64,000 nucleotides of DNA from Saccostrea echinata (lineage: Eukaryota), in NCBI RefSeq assembly GCF_033153115.1, contig NW_026889750.1, positions 14,694,001 through 14,758,000 of the forward strand. Reading direction: 5' to 3'. Shown here piece by piece: positions 12,283 to 21,588 of the stretch (position 1 is the first letter of the stretch; the number at the start of each line of letters is the position of its first letter). The notes below the pieces were generated by a model, which worked only from the letters and a program-made list of their open reading frames with translations, searched no databases and was not told the DNA's origin. A program made the translations under genes and the position numbers.

Positions 12283-12909
12283 TCATTTCTCTCTCTTTCT
12301 TTCCAGGAAACCTCTCCAGGCACCAATTTCCCATTTCCCGAATTCATCTCTGGACTCTAATTCTTTGTTTCTCTTCTCAGGTTTCAGAATTCCATATTCT
12401 TCATAGTTGTCACCTTGCCTGTAAAACAATCTTTCTAATTCTGGTGTACTGTGAGACATACAAAAATCTGCAAACCAGTGAATTCTAGCCACATTCAGTC
12501 CTCCTACAGGTTTTTTCATTTGAATGAATCCCCTGATTTGATGCACTTTTCCTGTCCAGGGATGAATTTCCTTTTCTAGGATCAGGTATTGAAATTCATC
12601 TTCACAGCTCATGAACATATCTATGTCTTCTTCTTCTCTCACATCTTGGATGACAAATGTCCAGTTAGTGGCTACTCTGTAACTTCTGTATGAGTCCTTT
12701 GAGTCATGGATCTCATCATACTTCTTGTAAACATTACAAGGTTCTTCATCCTCCTCCAGAGTTTTCACTTCCATTTTTCTTTGAGGACTGTAATGTTCTT
12801 CTTCCATATGCATGATCAATCTTTTTTCTAATAACTGTTGTTTTTCCTCATCTATATTCATACTCTCTATTTTTTCTAATAACTGTTGTTTCTCCTCCTC
12901 TATATCCAT
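12283..12909 (-). CDS. Degenerate CRESS-DNA-virus Rep-like HUH endonuclease domain protein (copy 1) with acidic N-terminus
   Basis: NWTFVIQ (motif I); YLILEKEIHPWTGKVHQIRGFIQMKK (motif II region); STPELERLFYRQGDNYEEYG (motif III region); no SF3 helicase. Confidence 0.65.
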   Translation of the reverse strand: MDIEEEKQQLLEKIESMNIDEEKQQLLEKRLIMHMEEEHYSPQRKMEVKTLEEDEEPCNVYKKYDEIHDSKDSYRSYRVATNWTFVIQDVREEEDIDMFMSCEDEFQYLILEKEIHPWTGKVHQIRGFIQMKKPVGGLNVARIHWFADFCMSHSTPELERLFYRQGDNYEEYGILKPEKRNKELESRDEFGKWEIGAWRGFLERKREK

Positions 12910-12996
12910 AGTCTCTGTTTTTTTTCCAAACTGACTTTAACTCATGGTAAGGGTCAACTGATCATGATCATCTACACACCTTTATTTATACCCTCA

Positions 12997-13120
12997 GAGG
13001 GGGTGGTGTGCAAAAATGTGTTGTACCTACGTTTTTTTTACTGAGATACTACTGTGTACGTTTTGTTTACGTTATGCTGAGTCAGACACTACACAAAACC
13101 TTAGATTATGACGTCATACT
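12997..13120. promoter_or_regulatory. Repeated enhancer-like cassette (TGCTGAGTCAG + TGACGTCA + TACGT); also at ~19467-19620, partially at ~8566-8670, and in both TIRs
   Basis: Sequence similarity between copies is direct; factor assignment (AP-1/Maf, CRE) is from consensus knowledge. Confidence 0.6.
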
Positions 13121-13177
13121 GATTCACAGTCTAGGCAAAAAAAACCACACACACACAAAAAGCTCCATGTTATTTAT

Positions 13178-13651
13178 TCAAGTAAATCTACAATCTCTTG
13201 GAATTAATTCTTTGTTTCTCATTTCAGGTTTTAAAGTCCCATATTCTTCATAGTTGTCACCTTGCTTATAAAATGTTCTTTCTAATTCTGGTGTGCTGTG
13301 AGACATATCAAAACAGGTTAACCCATGAATGATTTTGTACATGTTTCTCTCATGGGTCCAGTGTTTCATTTGAAGGAATCCTCTCACATGATGAAGTTTT
13401 CCTGTTTCTGGATGCATTTCTTTTTGTAAGATCAAGTATTGATAATCATTTCTAATGATTTGATCTATATCTTCCTGGTGACCTCCAGTTAAATTAAATA
13501 TCCAATTAGCAGCTCTTCTAAATCTCTCCTTTTTAAATTTAGCAATATAATGATTGCCTGGATCTTCTTTATGTTGGTTCTCATAATGAGTTTTAATGTC
13601 TTTCAACAATTGAGTTCTGATTTCCATGATACATCCTTCTGTCAGACTCAT
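13178..13651 (-). CDS. Degenerate CRESS Rep-like HUH domain protein (copy 2)
   Basis: NWIFNLT; YLILQKEMHPETGKLHHVRGFLQMK; MSHSTPELERTFYKQGDNYEEYG; clear paralog of 12283-12909. Confidence 0.65.
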   Translation of the reverse strand: MSLTEGCIMEIRTQLLKDIKTHYENQHKEDPGNHYIAKFKKERFRRAANWIFNLTGGHQEDIDQIIRNDYQYLILQKEMHPETGKLHHVRGFLQMKHWTHERNMYKIIHGLTCFDMSHSTPELERTFYKQGDNYEEYGTLKPEMRNKELIPRDCRFT

Positions 13652-13770
13652 GTTTGAAACAATGAATTTTTTTTGGTGACACTTCTTTTTTTTATATAGA
13701 TAACAATTCAAAGATAATTTTAAATGATTTATTCAGATTCTACCATGATTCTTTCTCTTACAATCTTATG

Positions 13771-14070
13771 TCAATCTTTTTTTCTCAAAATACTTTTTTT
13801 TTGGACACAGCTTCTTTTAGGTCTTTCAGGATAATCTGTTTTTGGTAATAAATGGGTATATTCTTCTTCTGCAGTCAAGGGTCTTTCAATGTAATCTCTC
13901 CCATCATTATCCTTTTCTGGACATAATTGATTATATTTTTCATGAGAAAGGATCTCAATAGTTCCATCCTCCTGTATTTGAATTGGTATACCTTTATCCA
14001 CATCTTCCTCTCTCAGAACTCTCTTTCCAAATGGAATTTTACTCTTTTCTTGACTAGACGTGTTACCCAT
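13771..14070 (-). CDS. Small hypothetical protein with N-myristoylation motif
   Basis: MGNTSS (MGxxxS); TATAAATA ~50 nt upstream. Confidence 0.7.
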   Translation of the reverse strand: MGNTSSQEKSKIPFGKRVLREEDVDKGIPIQIQEDGTIEILSHEKYNQLCPEKDNDGRDYIERPLTAEEEYTHLLPKTDYPERPKRSCVQKKSILRKKD

Positions 14071-14235
14071 GATTAAGACACATCAATAACTGATATATTT
14101 TTCATTTTACACCTTGTATTTATACCTCTTTTTTTTTCTATATTTAGTATCATGGGGAAACCCCTTTTTTATCAAAAAAAAAAAACAAGAATAAATTTTT
14201 TTCAATTCTTTTAATGATAACAAGAACAATAACAA

Positions 14236-14739
14236 TTACAATACATTTTGATAGAAACATTGACAAGTTTGTCCATGACCCGTAGGTCTTTTATGATAAG
14301 TGTCTTTAAACCATTCAGCTACATAATGATCTCTTTGTAATGCTGTACTATGGTCAAAGGGGAATAACCACTCATCTGCGGTTTTTCTCTTCTTGTGTCT
14401 TTGATGTAAATAATACACGCAATATTGTCCACATACATCTGTATTCCAAGCTTGATATCGGTACGGATTATAAATCCATTGTTGAGCATGACGATGGATA
14501 AAATCTTGAATTTCTTTTTGTAAGGGAGGAAATCCATAAGAGTCAAAATATTCGATGACTGGACTGGACAAATACAAACATACCCAATGTTCTCCAGGTT
14601 TATCTTGAGGATCCGTATTCACCACAATGGCTTTTTCTTGAGGTCTTAATTGATTCGGTAATAAATCTAAAGGGTACACACCACCAAAAGAACTCTTTAA
14701 TTCTCTGGATAAGACTTCTTTTAACTGTCCTGTATCCAT
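14236..14739 (-). CDS. PRO: Adenain-like cysteine maturation protease (outer)
   Basis: VNTD..GEHWV..EYFDSYG..Q....VCGQYC catalytic motifs; follows the MCP gene. Confidence 0.95.
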   Translation of the reverse strand: MDTGQLKEVLSRELKSSFGGVYPLDLLPNQLRPQEKAIVVNTDPQDKPGEHWVCLYLSSPVIEYFDSYGFPPLQKEIQDFIHRHAQQWIYNPYRYQAWNTDVCGQYCVYYLHQRHKKRKTADEWLFPFDHSTALQRDHYVAEWFKDTYHKRPTGHGQTCQCFYQNVL

Positions 14740-16160
14740 TAATAATCAATACTGACTACTCTCTGTTTGTTGATTTCTAACAGATTATCGAATTCTGCAT
14801 ATACCACACAATTTAAGGTGTTCACCGTATTGTTGGTAAATTGGACTTCTACTCTCAGATTTCCGGTTTCTATGATATGGAATTTATCCGATTGCGCTTC
14901 TTGATCTTTCGTGAAATCCCAGCCCCATAAAGTGTATCCGTTTTTATACTCTTCTAGGGTGATGTCCGGGGCCCAATCTTCTCCTAATTTTCCCAGTGCT
15001 TGATATAAACTCAGATAAGATCTCAGATATAAATCTTCATTGAAATTAGGTTCGAAACAACGAGTACTCATGGTCTCTCCGTTGATACTGACATCTAATT
15101 TCTTAATTCCCACGTTTTGGAAATGAAACGGATTTTTAGTTTTATCTCCGTTAAATGCCGCATTGTCCACAAAACCTAAAATGATGCGTTTAGGCATCTG
15201 GCCTTGAAACAGATGATCTGTGATTTTAGATTGAGTTCCTGTGAGTATGGTAAAGGTTTTCACTTCGACTCTTCTCAATGGATATTTAGCTCTGTAAGTG
15301 TTCAAACTTTGATTAATACCATTCATCATGACGGCCGTGGGTTTGACTTTTCTCACCCACAAGATCATGCTCAATATTTTGACTTTTCCCGTACTTCCAT
15401 CTTTGATCATCATATAGAACTGAGGTTTAGCTCGATTAAATCTCAAACGGATATCTACTCCATTCGGTAGAAATCGGTCTTGTTGAAATAAATCCAGATG
15501 TAAACGATCATACAAGGTTATTTTCTTACTATCTTTGATAGCCTGGTGACGTTTTCTAAATCCTTCGTTTTTAGAATTGGCCGGTAACTCTGGGACGATA
15601 GGTTTATTAATGGTCACAGTATCGGCAGCACCATGTGCACCTGGGGTTACATCAAATGTCTTATTTTGAGCCACTCCAAGGTCTGCTACCCCTACTTCGT
15701 CCATGTGTCCTGCTGTATCTTTTTCCCACAGACTACAAGCTCTCATCTGGGTCATTAAAGTTCTGGGTTTGTAAGAAAGTAATTTCTCCAGATAAGCTTT
15801 GTAAGGATAAGTATCGGTGCCCGGAGTCACTATTTTTCCATTGACACTGAGATCGATTTCCGTAAACAAAGAATGGAAGATATTATTCACCGGGGCGCAA
15901 GTACTACCAGCTCCAGTCAGATTAGTCCCATCCTCTTTGGTAAATTTACACACTATTTGAACATACGTTTGAGATAAATCCAGATATTGATCTCCTTGTC
16001 CATTAATTTCAAATTCAATAGGAGCCGTATCCGAATCTAAAGTACTGGAAATGGGGTAATATTCTTCCCATTTGGAGTCTTCTAAAGCAATATTAGTCGG
16101 GGGGACTTGGAACAATTCTAAATTGTTCATCCCACACGCACAGGAATCTGGTTGCAACAT
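14739..16160 (-). CDS. PY: Double jelly-roll major capsid protein (outer)
   Basis: [52 protein letters not shown]. Confidence 0.93.
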   Translation of the reverse strand: MLQPDSCACGMNNLELFQVPPTNIALEDSKWEEYYPISSTLDSDTAPIEFEINGQGDQYLDLSQTYVQIVCKFTKEDGTNLTGAGSTCAPVNNIFHSLFTEIDLSVNGKIVTPGTDTYPYKAYLEKLLSYKPRTLMTQMRACSLWEKDTAGHMDEVGVADLGVAQNKTFDVTPGAHGAADTVTINKPIVPELPANSKNEGFRKRHQAIKDSKKITLYDRLHLDLFQQDRFLPNGVDIRLRFNRAKPQFYMMIKDGSTGKVKILSMILWVRKVKPTAVMMNGINQSLNTYRAKYPLRRVEVKTFTILTGTQSKITDHLFQGQMPKRIILGFVDNAAFNGDKTKNPFHFQNVGIKKLDVSINGETMSTRCFEPNFNEDLYLRSYLSLYQALGKLGEDWAPDITLEEYKNGYTLWGWDFTKDQEAQSDKFHIIETGNLRVEVQFTNNTVNTLNCVVYAEFDNLLEINKQRVVSIDY

Positions 16161-16232
16161 GATGTCTGTCTACTAGGATGGATTTTTCACAAATGAAGGT
16201 CAATCTCACTCGACTCCTCTATTTATAGTGTG

Positions 16233-17111
16233 TCAATCAAAGATATCTAAACCCCTTTTTCTCTTCTTAGGACCTCCTCGGGCTAACACAGGTGTCTTTT
16301 TTCTTCTTTTTTTACCTAGATTCAATCTCAGGGCTTGTACTCCGTGAGTTTTAACAGCATCTTTTAAAGATCTCTTATTTTCTAACACATCTAACCCCGT
16401 TCTAGCAGCAGCAGTCAAGGCATGTTTAGCTCCCGTTTTCAATAAATTTCTCAAAACTCCTCTCCCTCTCTGCCGTCTTCTTCTTTTTCTTCTCCCTTTA
16501 CCTTTTTGACCTTTTTTATTCATCTTTTTAAAAGCTAAACTTCCTCCTCTATTGAGAGCAAATAAGCCTGTATTTTTAACAGCATTGAGTCCATGAGTTA
16601 AAAGAGCATTTTTGATATTTTTCCTTTTTTTAATCACATCTGCTCCTACTTTAGCTCCGGCAATCAAGGCTTGATTACGACCCATTTTGACTAGATCTTT
16701 AAGAAATCCTCGACCTCTTTGTCGCCGCCGGCCTGAGCCTAATTGAACAGCTTCTTTTAAAGTCATCCCTATAGGTAAGTTCGGTACCATTCCCGACATG
16801 AAGTCTATAAAATTTCCTCCTCTTTGAGATTTTTTATAACTCGGGGATATTATAGGTAAGTTCGGTATCATTCCCGACAGGAATCCTATATAATTTCCTC
16901 CTCTTTGAGATCTTTTTTTAAATAGCGATGGAAGCAAAGTGCGTGGAATAAGATTTAGTAATGGTAATCCAATAGGATTAGGGGTAAGGGCTCCAGCCAA
17001 TCCAGAGAGAATTCCACCTACAACACCGTGTCCTTTTTGACGTAATAAACCTTTATGATAGACAAATTGTCCGTGTCCTCTTTGTCTCAATAATCCGGGA
17101 TGATACTGCAT
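16233..17111 (-). CDS. Basic virion core/membrane-active precursor (cupiennin/pVII-like) with repeated QxGxG/QxGG sites
   Basis: Eight QxG(x)G/QxGG motifs followed by amphipathic or basic segments; lies between the penton and MCP genes. Confidence 0.8.
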   Translation of the reverse strand: MQYHPGLLRQRGHGQFVYHKGLLRQKGHGVVGGILSGLAGALTPNPIGLPLLNLIPRTLLPSLFKKRSQRGGNYIGFLSGMIPNLPIISPSYKKSQRGGNFIDFMSGMVPNLPIGMTLKEAVQLGSGRRRQRGRGFLKDLVKMGRNQALIAGAKVGADVIKKRKNIKNALLTHGLNAVKNTGLFALNRGGSLAFKKMNKKGQKGKGRRKRRRRQRGRGVLRNLLKTGAKHALTAAARTGLDVLENKRSLKDAVKTHGVQALRLNLGKKRRKKTPVLARGGPKKRKRGLDIFD

Positions 17112-17257
17112 GTTTCATGACTCGTGTCAGACTGACTTAAATGCACTCCAGGGACTCCTTTTATACCTCCCTGTCTTAAGGTTGAATACAATACAGACAG
17201 CATACCAGACAAGTGATCACTCCCAATAAGATGTAACAAAAAAGATGTACACTCATC

Positions 17258-18259
17258 TCAGTACACTTTTCTGAAATGAAGTTTCACGACTGATTTTCCA
17301 TTTAAAAAAGGCATGGGAGTCCCTAAAGGAGTCATGATATGAATCTCAATGCTATCGAAATGTTTTTTACTCAGTTTCAAATATTCCGCTCGAACCGGTT
17401 CCCATTTAGCTTGTTTTTTATCTTCCAGATTGAGTGTACAAGGAACCACTCTTAATAATTAAAAAGCATTGGATCCTACCGTCTGGGGTTCAATCAAGTC
17501 ACAATACACGTACATGGATTTCAGATTTTCATATAAATCTACGGTATTGTTCCCCATGTAACTCACGTTGATCCATTTGGTTTCTGTATCGTTCTGAAGC
17601 ATCACTTTCTTACTTTCTATTCCTAGCTTATAAGCTAAAGCTGTGGGGAAACGAATGCATAAGGGATATTTTCTAAGTTCTCTCCCGTTAAAGTGATACA
17701 TCACTTTATCATATTTGTCATGATAGGTTAATTTCATGGCATTCTCTTTTTTAGAATCACTCTCTTTTTTAGAATCACCTAAAAACTTCCATAATTTTTT
17801 CAAAGTTTTTTCCAGTCCAAGACTGATTTCATTTGTTAAAGCCATGGGATGAATGTAAGGCCCTAGTCTAAAGTGAATTCGCTTAATTTCCATTTTCTGG
17901 TCTTTTGTTATGAGATTACCAAATTCAGTATGGACCCAATCTAATAGGACAGGACATTGACTTAATGGCATCGCATCTATGGTTTTCATTTTAAATCTGT
18001 CCCATTTAAACACATTAGGTTGTTGGACTTTTGAACTATAAAATTGAGGAAGCAGGATGTCAAAATAAGCTTCCTCTTCTGTGATGTTTTTCAATGATAT
18101 GGGATACATCAATTCTGTTAAAGCCACTTCCCATTGTCCATCTGTTAAATCGACTGTTTGTGGTAATAAAGTTTTAAATTGAGCCGTCGTATTACTCGGA
18201 AAAGATTGCATGGACCCATCACTGGGTAAAGTCATGTAAAAACTACTGCTCTCGGTCAT
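17258..18259 (-). pseudogene. PX: Minor capsid protein (penton, outer) with one in-frame TAA at 17459-17461
   Basis: FYMTLPSD, WEVALTE, YVYCDLIEPQTVG..NAF*LLRVVP..KLHFR; the two ORF-track pieces are in the same frame (1002 nt in total). Confidence 0.88.
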
Positions 18260-18354
18260 GTTCAGTGAGATACTGAGATAAAATAACTTAAGACCCTTCT
18301 ATTTATAACAACTATTTTTTTTGTTTGTTTTTAAAATTTTAATTGGACATATTA

Positions 18355-18837
18355 TTACACTACTTCTTCTTCTTCTTCTTCGGATCTGTAAGGAATCACA
18401 GTCTCAAAACATTGGCCCTCTTCGTTTTCCAAGCTATCTTTAATCTGGGAAAAAGGAATACGACAATACAGGTACTCTGTAGGACAGTAATAGCTAGGAA
18501 TCCTCAGTCCATCTTTTTGCTGGTTCCAGAACAAATCACGAAGACAGTGTTCTATATTCCAACACCATTCACCTTCAGCCAGAACCACACGAGTCTGGAA
18601 TTTACAACGACCTAGGATCAACCATTTGTACTGCTGATAATGATGGTATATTTTGACCCTCACCTTAGATCCTTTAGGATGTAAGAATTTCTGTCTTTTT
18701 TCCAACCACACATCTTGAGTCGATGTACCTGGATGATTTTCAAAATAATCTAGGATGGCTCCTATTTTAGTTTTCATCCAGGGTCCCTGCATGTAAATAC
18801 ATCCAAATAAACTCTCACAATACCAACGATACTGCAT
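18355..18837 (-). CDS. Uncharacterised two-repeat protein ('QYKW..W..CI.D..EYL' family)
   Basis: Aligns by eye with 19708-20151 and 23270-23497; the start could instead be 18900. Confidence 0.7.
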   Translation of the reverse strand: MQYRWYCESLFGCIYMQGPWMKTKIGAILDYFENHPGTSTQDVWLEKRQKFLHPKGSKVRVKIYHHYQQYKWLILGRCKFQTRVVLAEGEWCWNIEHCLRDLFWNQQKDGLRIPSYYCPTEYLYCRIPFSQIKDSLENEEGQCFETVIPYRSEEEEEEVV

Positions 18838-18963
18838 TTTTTTTTTTTGGCGTCTGACTTTTAAACTTGACTTTTTCAGAATGAATACTTTTTGGGTCAT
18901 ACCTCTTTATATAACCTTATCCAATCTATTTTTAGTATCTCAAAAAACCCAACAACATTTTTT

Positions 18964-19416
18964 TTATGATTTATTTCCTTCATATCTACATAAGGGACAA
19001 AGTCTGTAACAAGTCTTGACAAAGTTCTCCACACATTTCCCACAACAAGGATACTGTCGACATTGTTGACACTTCCATCTCCCCTCCGTATTTTCCTCCC
19101 AGCAAGTCAGGCATTTCTTTAAAGCTCTCTTTCTCGTTTCTTTGACCCATAAGGGTACCATATTCTCTACCCCGTACTTCCATGTGAAATATTTCACACA
19201 CCAGTTACATCCACAGGTCTCCATAGAAGGGGGATCATCCACAAACCAGTGTGGAAAAGGCATTTCACAATGCTCGCAAATTCGATAAGTTCTGTGATGC
19301 CATCCGGGATAATCATACACCGTAAATGTACGCCATTGGTTTATTTTCCTATCACAGTAATGACAGTAATACTTTTCTACGTCAATCAAATAAATCAGTC
19401 TCCACGAAAAAATCAT
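18964..19416 (-). CDS. Cys-rich zinc-binding protein with C-terminal all-Cys RING-like finger
   Basis: CHYC..CEHC..CGCNWC, then CLTC..CQQC..CGKC..CPLCR. Confidence 0.8.
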   Translation of the reverse strand: MIFSWRLIYLIDVEKYYCHYCDRKINQWRTFTVYDYPGWHHRTYRICEHCEMPFPHWFVDDPPSMETCGCNWCVKYFTWKYGVENMVPLWVKETRKRALKKCLTCWEENTEGRWKCQQCRQYPCCGKCVENFVKTCYRLCPLCRYEGNKS

Positions 19417-19707
19417 GATTGAGCTCAGTGTACTCAAAGCTAAGCCTTATATACCTTTTTATTTATAGGGGGTGGTGTGCAAAAATGTGTTGGACTTACG
19501 TTTTTTTATTGAGATACTACTGTGGACGTTTGATTGACGTTATGCTGAGTCAGGCATAAGCAATACACACAAAATCTTGGCAGAGATTCAAATCACAGCT
19601 CGGTATGCATTGTGACGTCATGTGTCACCAAAAATGTTATAGTTGAAGAGAGAGAGAGAGAAAAAAATAAGACATTTTTTTTTCTAGGTTTTTAATTCAC
19701 AATAACA

Positions 19708-20151
19708 TTAAAGTAACAAACATGGAATACTTTGACATAGTTCTTTTTGAATAGGAAAAGTTCTCCTCATGTACAAATATTCTGTTTCACAAGCGCAGTC
19801 CATGATGTCGTATCCTTCTTTGAGCACTTTATTTACATAATCTTTGATACAATCACGGATTTCTTCCATCCATTTCCCTTGAATCCAAGTCCTTGCTGGT
19901 CCCTCTGGTTTGTGAGCGAAAACGTATTTTACTTTCCATTTGAATTCCTGATACTGGGGTCGCCATGGTCCTAATATTACTTTTATAAGTTGTCCACATT
20001 CATGGTCCGGTAATTTGATTCTCTTATACAGGTACACATCATTGACTCCTGTTTCTCCCGGATTCTTATCCATGAAATCTTGGATACATTCATTTTTATT
20101 TTTCATCCATTCTCCTTTTTTAGTGGAACCTGTATGTTCTTGCATTTTCAT
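19708..20151 (-). CDS. Uncharacterised two-repeat protein, paralog of 18355-18837
   Basis: GEWMKNK.ECIQDF..NPG..DVYL.KR and QGKWMEEIRDCIKDY..KEGYDI..TEYLYMRR. Confidence 0.7.
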   Translation of the reverse strand: MKMQEHTGSTKKGEWMKNKNECIQDFMDKNPGETGVNDVYLYKRIKLPDHECGQLIKVILGPWRPQYQEFKWKVKYVFAHKPEGPARTWIQGKWMEEIRDCIKDYVNKVLKEGYDIMDCACETEYLYMRRTFPIQKELCQSIPCLLL

Positions 20152-20272
20152 ACGATACTCTGAGCTTAAAAATCCATGTTGCTCTATCCTCAGTCAGATC
20201 AGAAATGAATCTTTTTTTTTGTTTTCTCCCCATTTTATATATACTCTGTGATGTATTTATTTTTTTAAGACA

Positions 20273-20533
20273 TTAACCCTGTACATTGGTGGTCTTCTTA
20301 GGGGTATGATGCATCATTGTAGGACTAGGCATGATATAACCTACTGAAGAACTGACACATACCATCCAATATTCTCGATTAGGATCATGTAAAGCTAACA
20401 TGACCACACTGGTAATGATAAGAGAGACACAGATAAATAATTGGGCGAAATAAACGATTTCTTCTCGAGGAATATTCTCTCCACAAAATTTCCAATGAGG
20501 CGTTATTTGATGAGATCCGTTTGGGGAATCCAT
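20273..20533 (-). CDS. Small transmembrane protein overlapping the integrase 3' end
   Basis: Hydrophobic IVYFAQLFICVSLIITSVVMLAL and WMVCVSSSVGYIMPSP segments. Confidence 0.75.
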   Translation of the reverse strand: MDSPNGSHQITPHWKFCGENIPREEIVYFAQLFICVSLIITSVVMLALHDPNREYWMVCVSSSVGYIMPSPTMMHHTPKKTTNVQG

Positions 20534-21588
20534 GAATCAAAACTAGGGGGATATCCTTTCCACCGAACTTTGACTTCTTGAATGATTTTTTTCCCGACGC
20601 GTCGCTTTTTATACCCCAAGATTTCCTCCACTTCGTACACGTCGTCTTTTTTAATGATCTTTTGTAATTCTTTTTCGTAAAAAGTCCCTTCTAATTCCTC
20701 TCCGTTATAATCTTGCACTCTATACACGTAAGGATACCTTCCAGGAACTCTTTTAGAAATGGTAAACAGTTCTGTGGTCCAGTTAGGTAAATATCCTTTT
20801 TCAAATGTGTGTTTGGCTTTACTGATGCGGACCTGATCTCCTTCTTTAAACTGAGGTTTAAGAAATTGTTTCTGATTCGATATCCCATATAAAGTTTTCC
20901 AGACTTTTAACACATTAGAAGCATTTACTTGAACTGGGGCTCTTTTGATACTCCGATGATAGGTATGATTGTAAGCATACACTAAATCCGGTAAAACTTC
21001 TACATACCGTCTGGTTTTATGACGAGTAAAATAACGCCACATGCGTGCTTTGAGTGTACGCTGAAATCGTTCCACGATACTAGCTTTAGTGTCCGTATTA
21101 CGAGTAGTAAAAAAATGAATGGATTTAAAAGCTTGTAAGAATTCTCGATTGGTAAATTCTTTTCCTTGATCGGATTGAATGCGGACGGGACGTCGACCGT
21201 CTTGTTGAAAAATCTCTTGTAATCCTCGAATCATTTCTTTTCCTGTTTTCTGTTTTAAAGGCACTACCCAGGCATATTTAGATAAGACGTCAATGGCACA
21301 TAATAAAAACGTATATCCATCATTATGTTTCTTTAAACTGGACACATCTGCTAAATCTAATTGCCATTGTTCGTCTATATCGGTCACTCTAGTCTGTTGT
21401 CTCCGGAATTTTCTTTGAATGGGTTTACGTAAAGTATAAGTATCTTGCTCTTTTAACCATTCTCGAATCTTTTTCAGGGAAATTCCTAAAGGTTTAACCT
21501 GACGATACAAAGCTTGTAGTCCTCCGTACCCTCTTTTAGGATCATAATAAATCTCTTTTAAAATATCTTCTACTTGTTTCTTTTTCAT
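20503..21588 (-). CDS. INT: Retroviral-type (rve) integrase with C-terminal chromodomain (outer)
   Basis: WQLDLAD, QSDQGKEF, IVERFQRTLK (DDE); YEVEEIL..VRWKGYP..DSWIP. Confidence 0.97.
   Translation of the reverse strand: MKKKQVEDILKEIYYDPKRGYGGLQALYRQVKPLGISLKKIREWLKEQDTYTLRKPIQRKFRRQQTRVTDIDEQWQLDLADVSSLKKHNDGYTFLLCAIDVLSKYAWVVPLKQKTGKEMIRGLQEIFQQDGRRPVRIQSDQGKEFTNREFLQAFKSIHFFTTRNTDTKASIVERFQRTLKARMWRYFTRHKTRRYVEVLPDLVYAYNHTYHRSIKRAPVQVNASNVLKVWKTLYGISNQKQFLKPQFKEGDQVRISKAKHTFEKGYLPNWTTELFTISKRVPGRYPYVYRVQDYNGEELEGTFYEKELQKIIKKDDVYEVEEILGYKKRRVGKKIIQEVKVRWKGYPPSFDSWIPQTDLIK

Noticed and set aside
12283-13711. Independent endogenous circovirus insertion
   Set aside because: No helicase domain, capsid gene or obvious origin; the genes use Polinton-style promoters, so they are treated as captured domains
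17459-17461. Functional link between the penton TAA and the TTA-anticodon tRNA-like sequence at 62554
   Set aside because: The tRNA-like sequence is outside the element and atypical; coincidence is far more likely
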